A stretch of DNA of 64,000 nucleotides from the human T2T-CHM13v2.0 reference genome, Homo sapiens, in the NCBI RefSeq assembly GCF_009914755.1, contig NC_060930.1; one strand, given 5' to 3'. The notes beneath the pieces are model-generated. The model searched no databases and had not been told where the DNA came from. It saw nothing but the letters and a program-made list of their open reading frames with translations. This document shows positions 1 to 15,185 of the stretch, in pieces; positions within the stretch are counted from its first letter, which is position 1, and every line of letters begins with the position of its first letter. A program made the translations under genes and the position numbers.

Positions 1-439
1 TCAACAACCTTGCTTAAAGTTTTGTAAATGTAAGGATGAGTTTGCAACAATACAAGAATTCATTAGATGACAAAAACGAAGTGAAAGTGAGAATCAAGAG
101 AGGGAGAAGAGCTCTGCACTCACTACCACTCACGCTGAAAGACAAAGCTCAGTATCTCTCCTAAAAGTTCCAATAGAATGCTCCCAAAAAATGCTGGATC
201 ACAAAGGACTATCATTTTTAAGAATAAGCCAGGAATAAATTAATGTTTTCCAGAAGAGAGCAGAGAAAAACATCTGTCTAAAAACTTGATACTAAGTTTA
301 TAAGAATGGTATTTTCCTATAAGATCTACTTGTTCTATGAATTCATAGTAGATCAAATTGTATATGAGTACTTTGATGAAGATATATTCCCTACAATGCG
401 TTCTGCCAATCTTTGACTATACAGATTTTATCTTGTTTT

Positions 440-870
440 CCTAGAAACCCTCTCTCCACTTTGAAATATTTATATTTGCATTTTCCAGCATAATTTTGGT
501 TTCTTTTTTACATTTAAGTTTTTTAATCCAGTAGGATACATACTTATGTTAGGCATGAGAAAGAGGTAGAGCTTTTTTTTTTCCACAATTAATTTTTTTC
601 CTAGATCATTTTTCCTTCAGATGACATTAAAATTATGTCTAATGGATTTTATCTATTTTTTATTAATTTTATTCCTAGGTATGTTTTCTACTTATGGCTA
701 ATATTTTATTTTATATTTTTAAGCTAGATGTTAGGGGTTTAGAGGAAAACATCTCGTTTTGATTTTGTAACCTGACATGATAAAGTACGCTACTTTTACT
801 TCTGATGTAGCTTTTTACATTTTTTTGGTTTCCTTATTTGTTTTTTGGGAGGGTACAATGAAAGACTCTG
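440..870 (-). mobile_element. Highly diverged L1M (L1ME-like) ORF2 fragments
   Basis: T-rich tract with antisense-L1-like phrases (tttaagttttttaatcca, ttattcctaggtat, tgattttgtaacctg); very decayed. Confidence 0.4.
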
Positions 871-877
871 TGTATAC

Positions 878-1176
878 TTATTTATTTATTATTTTGATAC
901 GCAGTTTTGCTCTTGTTGCCCAGGCTGGAGTGCAATGGCGCAATCCAGGCTCACTGCAAAATCCGCCTACCGGATTCAAGCGACTTGTCTTGCCTCAGCC
1001 TCCTGAGTAGCTGGTATTACAGGCATGCCCTATGTTGCCCGGCTAATTTTGTCTTTTTAGTAGAGATTGGGTTTCACCATGTTGGTCAGGCTGGTCTCTA
1101 ACTCCTGACCTCGTGATCCGCCTGTCTCAGCCTCCCAAAGTGCTGGGATTACAGGCGTAAGCCACCGCACCCGGCC
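878..1176 (-). mobile_element. Alu SINE, AluS (Sp/Sq-like)
   Basis: (TTTA)-type tail then ttgctcttgttgcccaggctggagtgcaatggcgc ... gccaccgcacccggcc; full dimer on the reverse strand. Confidence 0.95.
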
Positions 1177-1213
1177 GTGTACTTTTTAAAAAAAAATTTA
1201 ATGCTAGAGGCAT

Positions 1214-1600
1214 CGTATTACTCCATTCTCAGACTGCTATAAAGATACAACCCAAGACTGGGTAATTTATAAAGGAAAAAGATTTAACTGACTCACAGTT
1301 CCGCATGGCTGGGGAGGCCTCGGGAAACTTAAATCATGGTGGAAGGGGAAGCAGGCCCCTTCTTCTCAAGGCAGTAGGAGAGCGTGTGTTTGTGTGTGTG
1401 CGTGGGCGCGCGTGTGCGTGCGTGTGTGTGTGTGAAGGAGGAACCGTCAAATAGTTATAAAACCATCAGATCTCGTGAGAACTCACTCACTATCGCAAGA
1501 ACAGCATGGTGGAAACCGCCCCCATGATTCAGTCACTTCCTACCAGGTTTCTTCCTCCATACCTGGGGATTACAATTCAAAATGAAATTTGAGTGGGTAC
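1214..1600 (-). mobile_element. ERVL-MaLR solo LTR, THE1D-like
   Basis: gactgggtaatttataaag, gactcacagttccgcatggctggggaggcctc, aaaccatcagatctcgtgagaactcactcactatc, ggggattacaattcaa. Confidence 0.92.
1384..1434. repeat. (TG/CG)n microsatellite inside the THE1 LTR
   Basis: gtgtgtttgtgtgtgtgcgtgggcgcgcgtgtgcgtgcgtgtgtgtgtgtg. Confidence 0.9.
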
Positions 1601-1760
1601 TGGTCATGAAACAGAGGGAGATAAAACTAACAGATCATATTCTAAATGTATTATAAAATGATTTGAATAAAATAACTTACATAGGCTATAGGCATATAAT
1701 ACTAGACTGTAATTTGAAATCTGTTTTGTGGTGGTGGATGCAGACTAGAAACAATGTTAA

Positions 1761-2069
1761 TTTTTTAATTTTTTTTTTTTTTTTTTTTTTGAGGCAGAGT
1801 CTCGCAATGTCACCTAGCCTGCAGGTGCAGCATAGCTTATTGTAGCCTCAATCTTCTGGACTCAGGCGATTGATCCTCCTGCCTCAGCCTTCCATGTGGC
1901 TGGGACCACAGTAATGCACTACTAGGCCCAGCCAATTTTTTTATTTTTTTGTAGAGATGGTGTCCGACTTTATTTCCCAGGCCAGTCTCAAACTCCAGGG
2001 CTCAAGCTATTATCCCACCTTGGCTTCCCACAGTGTTGGCACTACAAGTGTGAGCCACTGCACTGGGAC
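1761..2069 (-). mobile_element. Alu SINE, AluJ
   Basis: poly-T plus diverged Alu body with J-type features (gcctcaatcttctggactcag, ctccagggctcaagc); TSD aatgttaa(a)ttt on both sides. Confidence 0.92.
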
Positions 2070-3691
2070 AAATGTTAAATTTCAAGAAAGAAAGAATACA
2101 ACGATGAGAAAAGACTTAATTCAGGTCAGGTTCAGAAGGTATTTTCTTACTTCAAATAACAGGCTCAGGGTAAATTCTCCCAGTCACTGTGGTACTTAGC
2201 ACACTCCTGTATAAACATCTTTTCTTGTGTAGGTGATTTCCTTTGAGTTCAGGAGATGACAAGCTATATCCTTTTGTACTGTAAAGGGAACAATATAGTT
2301 GAAAAAATAATTATATCAGTATTAAATATTCGTATTAAAAACAAAAATATTTGTTAAGAATTATAATATTATTTAACATATTTTATTATCAACAATAGTG
2401 CACTCTAAAATGGCATTAAAATAGCCACCAGCAACATGTCTTGACCTTATTTATATTAATGGTCTTTCTTTCAGTAAAATTATACCTATTGCAATGAGAA
2501 ATGATTTCTTGGCATTCTTGTAATAACTTATATGTATCACAGCTTAAAATATCAGCAGTTACATACTTTCCTATTAATAACAGCATGCCTAATTTATTCT
2601 GAAATGAGTGACATTGGTAATTGACACAAATAAAAGTTGTTTCTTTTTTAAATGTCCCTGGCTGTTTGCTTGCCGGGAAGTTTAGAAGAACACCATCATC
2701 TGTTACTCTTATAAATATATGAAAACAACAAGAACACATCTGATGTTGAAGGAAAAAATTGCATTTTCAATCAGTGTCTTGTGAAACGAATTAGAAGTTC
2801 TGTCAGATAATGTAAATCAATGAAAGCTATATGTAATATCCTGTTTATAGCACCTGCTTCTCTGCGAGTTTGCCTTTTTTACATTTGCAGGAAATTGGAA
2901 GAAAATAAATAACAATTTGAAGAAAAAATAACTTGTTTAATTTTTCGTTTTAATATCCCCAAAATAAAATTTTAAAATAACAAAAAATAAGCAATGTTAT
3001 TAGCTTAGGTGGCATAATTTAGGCTCAACCTATGTAGTTTATTTTTGTAACCCAATGTTTTTCAAATTGTCTGGCACAGAATTGATGTTCAATAGCTGTC
3101 TTTAAATTGATAGTGAACTGAGATTAAGGAAAAAATAGACATGATCTATTAAAATATAGTGAAAATCTATGACTAGATTGCTATGATTAATGGACAAGCA
3201 GTGGAGTTATTATGAAACTGAAATTAGTGAAACCTGAGAAATGAACAAGTTTATCTGTTTGGTCTTGCATCTATAATGTTACTTAATTCACTGCTCACTT
3301 AGGGTGATTTGTGAAAAATACATACAATAAAATGGAAATAAATATTAAGGTATTACAACCATGGAAGATATGAATAAAAATGGAAGATACACATTTGAAG
3401 AGATAACATCATTTCCAATACGTTTATTTCAATTAAAACAATAAAATTCACTTTTTTGCTTTTATATATCACAGAAAATTTTTCCACAATTAAAGGACTG
3501 ATGAACAAATGTAGATATTTTATGTACCTTATTGACTTCCCTAATCACTAATCATTTTTATGTATAACTAGATGTGTTTAAATTTAATTTTGTAATATGG
3601 TACCCATAAAAACAGAGGTTTCATATTCAATCTGAAACTATTAACTAAATCCAAAGAAATTTAATGGCAAAACTACAGTTGTTTTTTAATC

Positions 3692-4043
3692 AAGTTTTCT
3701 AAGAAACGGTAAAAACTGTCTTCCAAAATGGCTATGCTATTTTTCATTCCCTTCAGCAATGAATGAGAGCTCCTGTTGCTCCACATCCTTCTCCAGCATT
3801 TACTATTTTCAGTGTTTTGGATTTTGCTGATTCTAATAACTGTTGTTTTAATTTACAAATCCTTAATGATATATGATGTAGAGCATGTTTTCATGTGCTT
3901 ATTTGCCACATACCATTTTTGGTAAGGTTTTCATTTATGTCTTTTGTCCATTTTTTATTCAACTTGTTCATTTTCTTATTGTTGAGTGTAATTGGTTTGA
4001 TCTTTTTCTTATTATTTATTTTCCTATAGTTGAGTTTTAAAGG
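3692..4043 (-). mobile_element. L1MC-like ORF2 3' fragment, antisense
   Basis: aaactgtcttccaaaatggc, cagcaatgaatgagagctcctgttgctccacatcc, ttcattttcttattgttgag. Confidence 0.85.
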
Positions 4044-4210
4044 TTAAAAATGTCAGTTATTTCCAAAATGAGCTATAGTTTCAATGAAATCTCAATTAAA
4101 ACCCAGCAAATTATTTAATGTACATTGACAAACGGATTCAAAATTTATATGGGAAGGAAAAAAATACAGAGTAGCCAACATAATATTAAAAGAGAGGAAT
4201 AAAGTCACAG
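4044..4210 (+). mobile_element. L1MC-like ORF2 fragment, left of the MER52 insertion
   Basis: aaaatgtcagttatttccaaaatgagctatagtttcaatg ... aaaatttatatgggaagg ... agagtagccaacataatatt. Confidence 0.85.
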
Positions 4211-5935
4211 TGTTACATGATCCTTGGGGTATAGTTTTTCTGGCCAGAAAGGTGCCTCTGAAGCCAGGGGCGCCTTTGGCTGCATTTTGCCTTGGATCTG
4301 CAAGGCTTGTTTTGCCCACTCAGCCTATCAAGCTATGCTCAGCTCACCCTAGAGGCCTCAGTCTCACACCTGCCAAGGGAGAGTCAAGTATGGAACAAAG
4401 AGGGGTGTGTGAGTGAATCCGACATGCCAGCTGCTGCAGGCTGGTGGGCAGCTACAGGTGCCAACATAGGCGCCAGCTCTCTGCGAAGCTGCAGACGGAC
4501 CAGGCACACTGGAAGCAGCTTCCATGGCTGGCACAGGGGAACATAGTGGCACACAGAAGCTTGGAGATGCAAGGGACTACAAGGCCCCAAAGTGGGAGTC
4601 ACAGCCCTGACCTTGGGAGTTTCTAGGTCTGTGCTCCCTGAAGGGCCTCAGCTCTTCTCCCCTTCTCCTTGCCTGAAACATGGCAAGCAAGGGACATGTT
4701 TCTGCCCTGTTTGTGTTACAGCTCTTTTAGCTCTGCCATTCGACAGGTCCCAAATTCTTGTCCTGTGATCAGGAGGAATGAGGTATGCACAGAAGTGAAG
4801 GGTGAGCAAGACAAAGAGATTTATTGAGAGATAGAACAGCTCAGTCTCCTGAAGGAGGCAGCTCCTTTCAGCAGCCAGGGTATCCCTATGATGAGTGTTC
4901 AGCTCCTAGGCATGAGGAAATCCTGGAGTGGGAGGCTCCTCTCTGCAGGCAGGTTGTCCCTGTTGTCTCTGCAGCTCTCAGCAGAGAGGAGGCCCTGGAG
5001 TGGGTAGCTCCTCTCTGCAGCTGGTCATCCCAATATCTACCCAGCTCTGGCTGAGCGTGGGGCTTTTATGAGCCTCAGAGGGGAGGAAGTGCACACCAAT
5101 TGGTCCATGGGCAGCCATAGGCAAGCCCAGAAAAGGCACCACAAGTTCACACTCAGGTCCATGGGAGTAGCAGCCCACACACCAGCCTTAAGGCCCTCTC
5201 TGGCCTGAAGTTGAGGCCTCGCCAGGGACCTGCTCCCTTCTCCCCAGGAACTTGTCTGCTTCCTGCTTCCTTTCATGGAGCCCAGTCTGTAGGTGCCAAG
5301 GGGAACCTGCAGCCCAGTGCTGAACTTCCCTTAGTACCCCCTTGGTTTCCCTCCTATGCTCATTGGTACCCAAAATCTAGAGGGGACTGAGGTGGGAGGG
5401 GGCTGGTGTGTCAGCACTGCGCCACGTGTGTGTGTGTCTCAGCAGGATGTAACAGCGCCTGGGCTTGGCCCTGACTTTGCTCTAAAATTGGAGTGGGCAC
5501 TGACAGCAGGGAGAAACCAGGCCATAGGAACAGACACTTCTGAGCCTGTGGAGGCAGAGGGGCCTTCCTGGGCACCCAAGACTGCAGGGATGATTTGGGT
5601 GGCTATAGCTACACCCAGGAAGGTGCCCCCCCCATTCTGTGGAGAGGGAGGCCTGGGTCTGCAGCTGTGGTTTGGGCAGCTGCAGCTGTGTCAGGGAGGG
5701 TGGGGCTCCCACCTGCCCCTGGACCCCCAAGGGCACAGAGATGCCTTGGTCCACAGCCTGGCTTGGGCAGCTGCAGTGGCACCTGAGGAGCTCCCACTCC
5801 AAATCAGAAGAGGTGAAGCTTCCACTTGTCCCTGGCTCCCGCTGACTCCATGGAGCATGCAGCCCCAGCCATGCCTCCTTGTTGAAGCTGGCATGATGGC
5901 AGTAGGCTGTTCCAGGCAGCCTGCTGCTGCCATCA
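4211..5935 (-). mobile_element. ERV1 solo LTR, MER52 family (~1.7 kb, GC-rich)
   Basis: Sharp GC-rich block bounded by tgttac...gctgctgccatca (TG..CA ends); internal cctggagtggg(a/t)..ctcctctctgcag repeats; probable decayed 4-bp TSD acag/aaag; L1 resumes in register. Confidence 0.88.
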
Positions 5936-6478
5936 AAAGGATTCATTACCCTACTTTAAGACTTACTATAGAGCTGCAGTAATCAAGAGATGTGGTATTG
6001 TCAAAAAAATATGCAGGCCATTGAAACAGAATAGACAGCCCAAGAATGCATCCACAAAAATATTTAGCTAATCTTTGACAAAGAAGCAAGGAAAACAGAC
6101 AATGAAGCAAAGATTGTTCTTTCAAAAAATGCTACTGGAACAACAGGGCATCCACATGAAAAACAAAAATGCATACACAGACCTTACATCCTTCACAAAG
6201 ATTAATTCAAAATAAGTTATTAGACCTAAAGATAAAATGCAGAACTATAAATCTCCTAAAGGATAACAGAGAAGAAAGCAGATATGACTTTTTAGATACA
6301 ACACTATTGCATGATCTATGAAAGAAAGAACTGATGTGTAAACATTAATATTAAAAACTTCTGCTCTGTGAAAGAAAGGCACTGTCAAGGGAATGAGAAG
6401 ATAAACTACAGACTGGGAGAAAATATTTGGAAAAGACATACCTAATAAAGGACTGTTATCCAAAATGTACAAACAATT
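5936..6478 (+). mobile_element. L1MC-like ORF2 fragment, right of the MER52 insertion
   Basis: aagacttactatagagctgcagtaatcaag, aatctttgacaaag, cagactgggagaaaatatttg, aaaggactgttatccaaaat. Confidence 0.88.
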
Positions 6479-6479
6479 T

Positions 6480-7080
6480 TAATATTTTAAATATATTTTT
6501 AAAATACATTTTCAACTCCTTCTCCTTATTTATGCAATTATTTTCTATGTTTGTATTTTCGGAGGTTTGATTAGACATATAATAGCCAAACATTATGGTG
6601 TAAAACTATGGTACTGTGATCCATTCCATTAAACAATATTTTAAAAAATAGTAGACAAATTTCAAAACATTAAATAGTTGTATACTGATCCTATTTATAC
6701 ATGATTTATGTACAATCATGTATAATCACATATTTTACATTTATAAAATATTTTCTACATTCATATTTCAAAGTATGTTACATGTATGATGATACATAGA
6801 AATATAAAATATAATTTAGAATACATAAATAGAAAACATAAAAACATCTATATTATATACACAATATACTTTTTAAATAATTTACCATGGAACACATAAA
6901 GGAATATGTCATAAGTATAAGAACACTATAAATCATACAAATATAAAAAATATAAATGTTATAAAAAATTAAATGTATTATGTAAAATAAATATATAACA
7001 TCAGTTAATATAGTATATTGTATCAAATAATAATTTAACAATAAAATATAATATCATATCATTATATAAAATATCTAACA
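6480..7080. repeat. AT-rich low-complexity tract
   Basis: Very high A+T with TA/ATA runs. Confidence 0.7.
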
Positions 7081-8972
7081 AAGATTTCATGGTGGAATAA
7101 CATAGCCCAAAACTAGTAGATATATAGGATCTGACATTGAGTTTCTGTTGGGGTAATAAAGGGGGATGTTATTCATTCTTGCTGGGTTATTTCTCTCTGT
7201 CTGCCCTAGAAACATCCTCTTTATTTTTCCAGAGATTACTTAAAAAATATTTCTCTTTGTTGACATTTCTAGCACCCAAACCACTGTTAAAGTATTCTTT
7301 CTATGTAGCATCATAGTAATTGCACAAAATAGTAAATGTCACTTTAGCCTTTAACATTTTAATATTATAGTAGTAAAATCATCTGTGAATTTCCCTAATA
7401 AACTAGACCTCATTGAACATAAGATTAAGGGCTTCCTCCCTTTTATAGCCCCAACAATAGGACAGTGCTTGGCTTTTAAAAAGTGCTGAGTAAAATTTTC
7501 TTAAGGAATTAATATAATAATGTTTGTGTATAGTAGCTGTAAATAATGGATTACTGGGTAGCCTGTCTAGTCATTCCATTATACATTTTTTCTATCTATA
7601 ACCCAGTACCATTCACTCCTTAGTACTCTTTCTCTCCTATTTAAAGCACATAATGTTAGCTTAATAAATAATTATTAACTAAGATTCTTGACTTTACATC
7701 ACAATGTAGAATATGTTTGCTCTATGAGCACAATAGTCCATTAGAGTAAGTTCTTATCCATAGATGATGTCAGGATGCAGTCTCTTCCCCGAGGGTGGGA
7801 AAGCTTGGAAAAAAGTTATTTGGTTGCAGAAAACTAAGAATAATATTTGTAAAAAGAAGAGAGAGGAAATTAAAAAACAGAAAAGTGAAAAAATAAAGTT
7901 AAGTTGTAATGATACAATTATTCAGGTCACGAAGCGCCTCTACTTTAAAAAGAAAACTTGCGTATCACAGTTAGAAAGCATAAATTTCAACCAAGTAATA
8001 AAAGAAGCTAAGACCAATTTCTTATATGGCACAAATTGCCCAATATTTATCCCACATTTTACGGTAGATATGGTTTCAGCAGGGTGCCATAAGTACTTGA
8101 ATTAACATTAAAAAGCCAATGTGGTTTTTAAATTATTGATGTGCATGTTCATGGTGTTTTCTTGCTCAAATTTAATAGCTCTCCCTTCAGCTCCATATCA
8201 AAAGATTACATCTTTTACTACACCTTAGACTCATCCTCACCCAAACATCTTTATTACAACATATTAAACTTTCATGTTCCAAGTGAAGATTCTTGTTCTC
8301 TGAATCTCTCATTCCCTTCTTACCATTGTTTCTTGATTCATGGGGGCCTAGAATTATTTTTACCCTCTCTCTTCTATTAGTCTCTTAGCTCCATATTATT
8401 TTCCAACAAGACATAAGAACTTATTACTTCAACTCTCTTGACAAAATTTTCAACACTCTTGCTTTTCAGATAACCTGTCAAGCAAAGGCATAACCCTGAA
8501 TTCCTCCTCTAATATACCCAAGTTATTCATCAGGCAGTATAAAACCACCTTTTTTACACCTAATTTGTGGCAATGCAAATTCATCCTCTTCTACATTTCC
8601 TAGGTGCTACAGATATTTCTTAATTGGGAAGTTGTGTTAGCTTCTTTACCCATTCCCCACTTCAGCACATTTGGAGATGTGCACTTTTCTTAAATCTGCT
8701 CTGGTATCTGCTGCCTCTCACTCTCAGATTTTCTAGTAGGATACATTGTGAGATTACTAACATTTAAAAAATATATATTTAAAGTAAGAAAAACCGGGAA
8801 TAAAATCTTCAAGTATCCCTTAGGTCTGTTTTGTACATTTGTTGTGAATATTGCCAGTATTTACTGCACTTAACATTTTGCTTCATTTTGATAAAGAAAC
8901 AATAATAAATTTGGACAATGGTAATGAAGGATACACTTCAAAAAATTTAACACTTCACAATATTTTATGTGA

Positions 8973-9402
<430 letters not shown>

Positions 9403-10529
9403 CAAAGTTACCTCATTTTTTTGAGAAATTGAATGTGACTATTTTATGTCTGTAGAGGACTCAAACTATGTGACACTTAAATACATTTGCTATTTAAAAT
9501 ACGTATTGACTTGATTCTAAAATCACAGAACTTCATAAGGCTCTAAAAAACATGCAATAGCTTAACTTTCAAAATATGTACAGCAGCTTCGTAACAAAAA
9601 GGGAAAGAAATTCATAGATGAGGAATTAAGTTTGAATGTTGATTTTCTTATGAAATACTGAAACCTTCCTAGCCAGAAATGCTGTTGTTTTGCAAATGCT
9701 GACAGTTAATAGAAATTCATGGGTATGGTTTTGATGTGTAAGCATTTTGAAACTGTAGTACAACCACTGTGATTCATTGTGCTGTATATAAAACATTTTG
9801 ATTTTTCAATCTCATAGGGAAGTAAAAAGATTTATAAAGGCCTATAAAATGTTTTGACTGTTCTACAGGCACAAAGCAGTATTATTCAACTTCACCAGAA
9901 ATAGTACAGAGTGGACATTGAATTGAAACTGAAATTTTGAAGAAATCATATTCCCTGGTTGCTTCCTTTGTTTAGGAAAATTGTTTAACATGTTTTGTGC
10001 TTACCTTTCTGATCAATAAAATAAGAATAGAACAATGCTATCTGGAGCTTCTTGACTATCTTATAGAAGTGTTATGTAAAATATCGAAGCTTCTTTGAGC
10101 TTTAGGAAATTCAAAGATTTGTTTTCTGTCCCTAATGCAAAATATTTGAAAATCTAGTGAGCTGAAAATATTCAAAATCCAATAATACACTCAATGCACA
10201 AACAACAACATTTGTTTTCTTTTAATATCCTCTAAATTGCTCCCGTTTGTTACACAGAGGGTTGTGAGACTTTCTTAAACATTTGCAATCTCAGATAGTA
10301 AAATTACCAAAAGACCTGTGAAAATTACCACATTATCTGTGGAAAAAGAAAGTTTTTTATTTTAGCTATAAGATTCTACTTTTTCTTTTCCTGATTTGTT
10401 AGTGGAACTGGATTATCAGAATTCAAAGCATCGTAAGTGCCACAAGGATGACCATAACAGGAAATTATTCTGATATTAATCCTGAAGTGAAAAGACAAAG
10501 TGATTGAGAAAAGAGAGGAAAGAGAGCAA

Positions 10530-10990
10530 GCTAGTTACTGCTGTATAACAAATCATCCCCAAAGTCAATGGCTTAAAACAGCAATCATCCTTCTCACAGG
10601 TCTGCAGATCAGTAGGCATGAGCAGATACGGGCTGTGTTTGGCTAGGCTCTGCTGGTCTTGGCTGCAACATGTAGCTGAGAAAGAAGTCTACATTATGTG
10701 TCTTTATGTTTATTTGTTCAGTGAGCCAGCTGGGACATATTCCTGTTATGACAACAATAGGGCATAAGTTAGCAAGTTGACACATAACAATGTTTTCTAA
10801 GGCCTAGCTTCAAAACTGGTAAGCTCTTAACTTCTGCCCACAAAGGTCAAATTAAGCATTATGACTGAAGGCAAAGTCAAGTAATATCTATGGAAAAGCA
10901 CAAGAATTCTTGTATGGCAAATTTGTAGCTAGATACAAGAATTTTGGATGGAAGATAAAGAGGCAACATTAATAATTCAGTTTTTCACAG
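10530..10990 (-). mobile_element. Old MaLR LTR (MLT1 family, H/I-like)
   Basis: ctgctgtataacaaatcatccccaaa..aatggcttaaaacagcaatc, ctaaggcctagcttcaaaactgg..acttctgcccaca. Confidence 0.7.
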
Positions 10991-11030
10991 GCTTGCTCCA
11001 AACATGAGAACGAGAGCAATACCAAACACA

Positions 11031-11360
11031 TTATCATTTATTATTATTTGAGATGGAGTCTTGCTCTGTCACCCAGGCTGGAGTGCAGTGGTGTGATCTT
11101 GACTCCCTGAAACATCTGCCTCCCAGGTTCAAGTGATTCTCCAGCCTCAGCCTCCCAAGTGGCTCAGATTATAGCTCAGCCTTCCGAGTAGCTGGGACTA
11201 TAGGCATGCCCCACCACTCCTGGCTAATTTTTGTATTTTTAATAGAGACAGGGTTTTGCTATGTTGTCCAGGCTGGTCTCAAACTCCTGTCTTCAGGTGA
11301 TCAGCCTCCCTTGACCTCCTGAGGTGCTGGGATTACAGGCATGAGCCATGGTGCCTGGAC
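11031..11360 (-). mobile_element. Alu SINE, AluS-like, with a 29-bp internal tandem duplication
   Basis: gagatggagtcttgctctgtcacccaggctggagtgcagtgg ... gagccatggtgcctggac; decayed TSD aaacacattatcatt / aaacacgtgattatt. Confidence 0.93.
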
Positions 11361-11589
11361 AAAACACGTGATTATTATTACTATTGCTCTAACTATTATA
11401 ATTGTTGATTATTATTTCCTTTACTGATAAACAAGTGGCACATACATAATAGTGGCACATACATAATACTGGAAGACTAACATAAAATTTAGATACTAAA
11501 TTTTGTTCCCTACTCTGATTATCACATCAAAGATTCTTTCAAAAAGAAAAAAATAACACATTTAATTGAACAATACTTGAGAGGTGTCA

Positions 11590-11781
11590 AGGTTGACCTT
11601 TATCCTAGATTTTGACCACACCATGCATGTATGCCTTTCTTCCAAGGACCCCTAAATCAGGCCTAGGGGAAATCCTAGCTGCTGCTCCCTGCAAAATGTC
11701 CCTTTCCAGGAAGACATGGCCAGGAAGATCAACACAAAATCTCCCTAACAGCAGTTAGGGTCTCCACTCCTGAGGGTGGAC
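11590..11781 (+). mobile_element. ERV1 internal 3' end with polypurine tract
   Basis: cagcagttagggtctccactcctgagggtggac immediately before an LTR, typical of a post-env/PPT segment. Confidence 0.65.
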
Positions 11782-12643
11782 TAAAAGGAGTTAGTTAGCT
11801 TGCCTTAGGTAGACAGCAAGGAAATGGTCTCCAGGGAGCCCCCGGCCCATGGATCAGTGCTTCATCCCCACATAAAATAAAAAACAGCCTGGGAAAAAAT
11901 TCAAGCTTCAGGCACTGATAAGGGAACTATCATAGCTTGTTCTTCCTCGAGACATGCCTTTGGCTGTACAGATAGAAAAAACTCCGGCCCATTTGGATAA
12001 AAACTTGCACAAAGGTCCAGCTCACTCAGATAAGGAGACAAGGCCTAGCATAGACATGCCTTTGTTCTTTGTATAGTGACAGGTTCCCCCAAAAAAGTTT
12101 TTTCTCTTTTTGTGGGCATGGGCATGGTAGGCTCTGGTGGGTTCTGGCAGGCACTCTACTTTCCTTTATTTGGAATGTAAGTCCGGCTTCTATGAATCAT
12201 CCTTTCAGCCCCGATTGGTCCTGGGTCAAGGTCCCATGCCAAGCTTTTACTTAAGTTTCTGATAGGTCCTGGGCCAAGTTAAGGAGCATCTGTGAATCAT
12301 CATTTCAGCTCCTGATTGGTCCCAGGCCAAGCTTTCTGATTGGTCCTGGGCCAGAATCCTGGGCCAAGCTGAGTCACACATTCTTCAAGACAGCCTTCAG
12401 ACTAAGCACATTCCTTCCCCTTCACAGTTCATAAAAACCCTGGACCCCAGCCTCATAGGGGACACCTTGCTTGGGCCCCATTTTCTGCTGGCAGAGAGCT
12501 TTCTTCGTCATTTATCAAACTTTTGCTCTAACCTCACCTTTGTGTCTCCACTCCCTAATTTTCTTGGAGGTAGGACAAAGAACTCTGGGCATCATCTCAG
12601 ACAAGAGACTGTTACATCTTGGTGGATTGCTGAGACTACAACA
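11782..12643 (+). mobile_element. ERV1-class LTR (MER66/MER83-like group; exact family uncertain)
   Basis: Starts t(a)aaaggagttag after the PPT, ends gactacaaca; repeated ATTGG boxes, cataaaa TATA-like motif, aaacttttgctctaacctcacctttgtgtc U5-like segment. Confidence 0.8.
12191..12436 (+). promoter_or_regulatory. LTR U3 promoter motifs: reverse CCAAT boxes, AP-1 site, TATA-like box
   Basis: ATTGG at ~12214, ~12315 and ~12339; TGAGTCA 12370-12376; TGAATCA 12193 and 12293; CATAAAA 12430-12436. Motifs only; activity unknown. Confidence 0.45.
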
Positions 12644-12649
12644 TTAGGG

Positions 12650-15185
<2,536 letters not shown>

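Noticed and set aside
323-354. Imperfect palindrome gatctact..ctatgaattcatagtagatc
   Set aside because: 14-bp perfect core only; too short for a pre-miRNA or MITE and plausible by chance or a local template switch
4092-5982. Dense cluster of overlapping ORFs up to 208 aa
   Set aside because: All lie in or overlap the GC-rich MER52 LTR where stops are rare; both strands, no recognisable domain
7764-8105. 113-aa Lys-rich ORF in non-repeat DNA
   Set aside because: Reflects A-rich composition; no homology recognised and no promoter or splice support
12191-12370. Spaced direct repeats superficially like a CRISPR array
   Set aside because: Irregular, degenerate LTR U3 repeats in a human sequence; no cas genes
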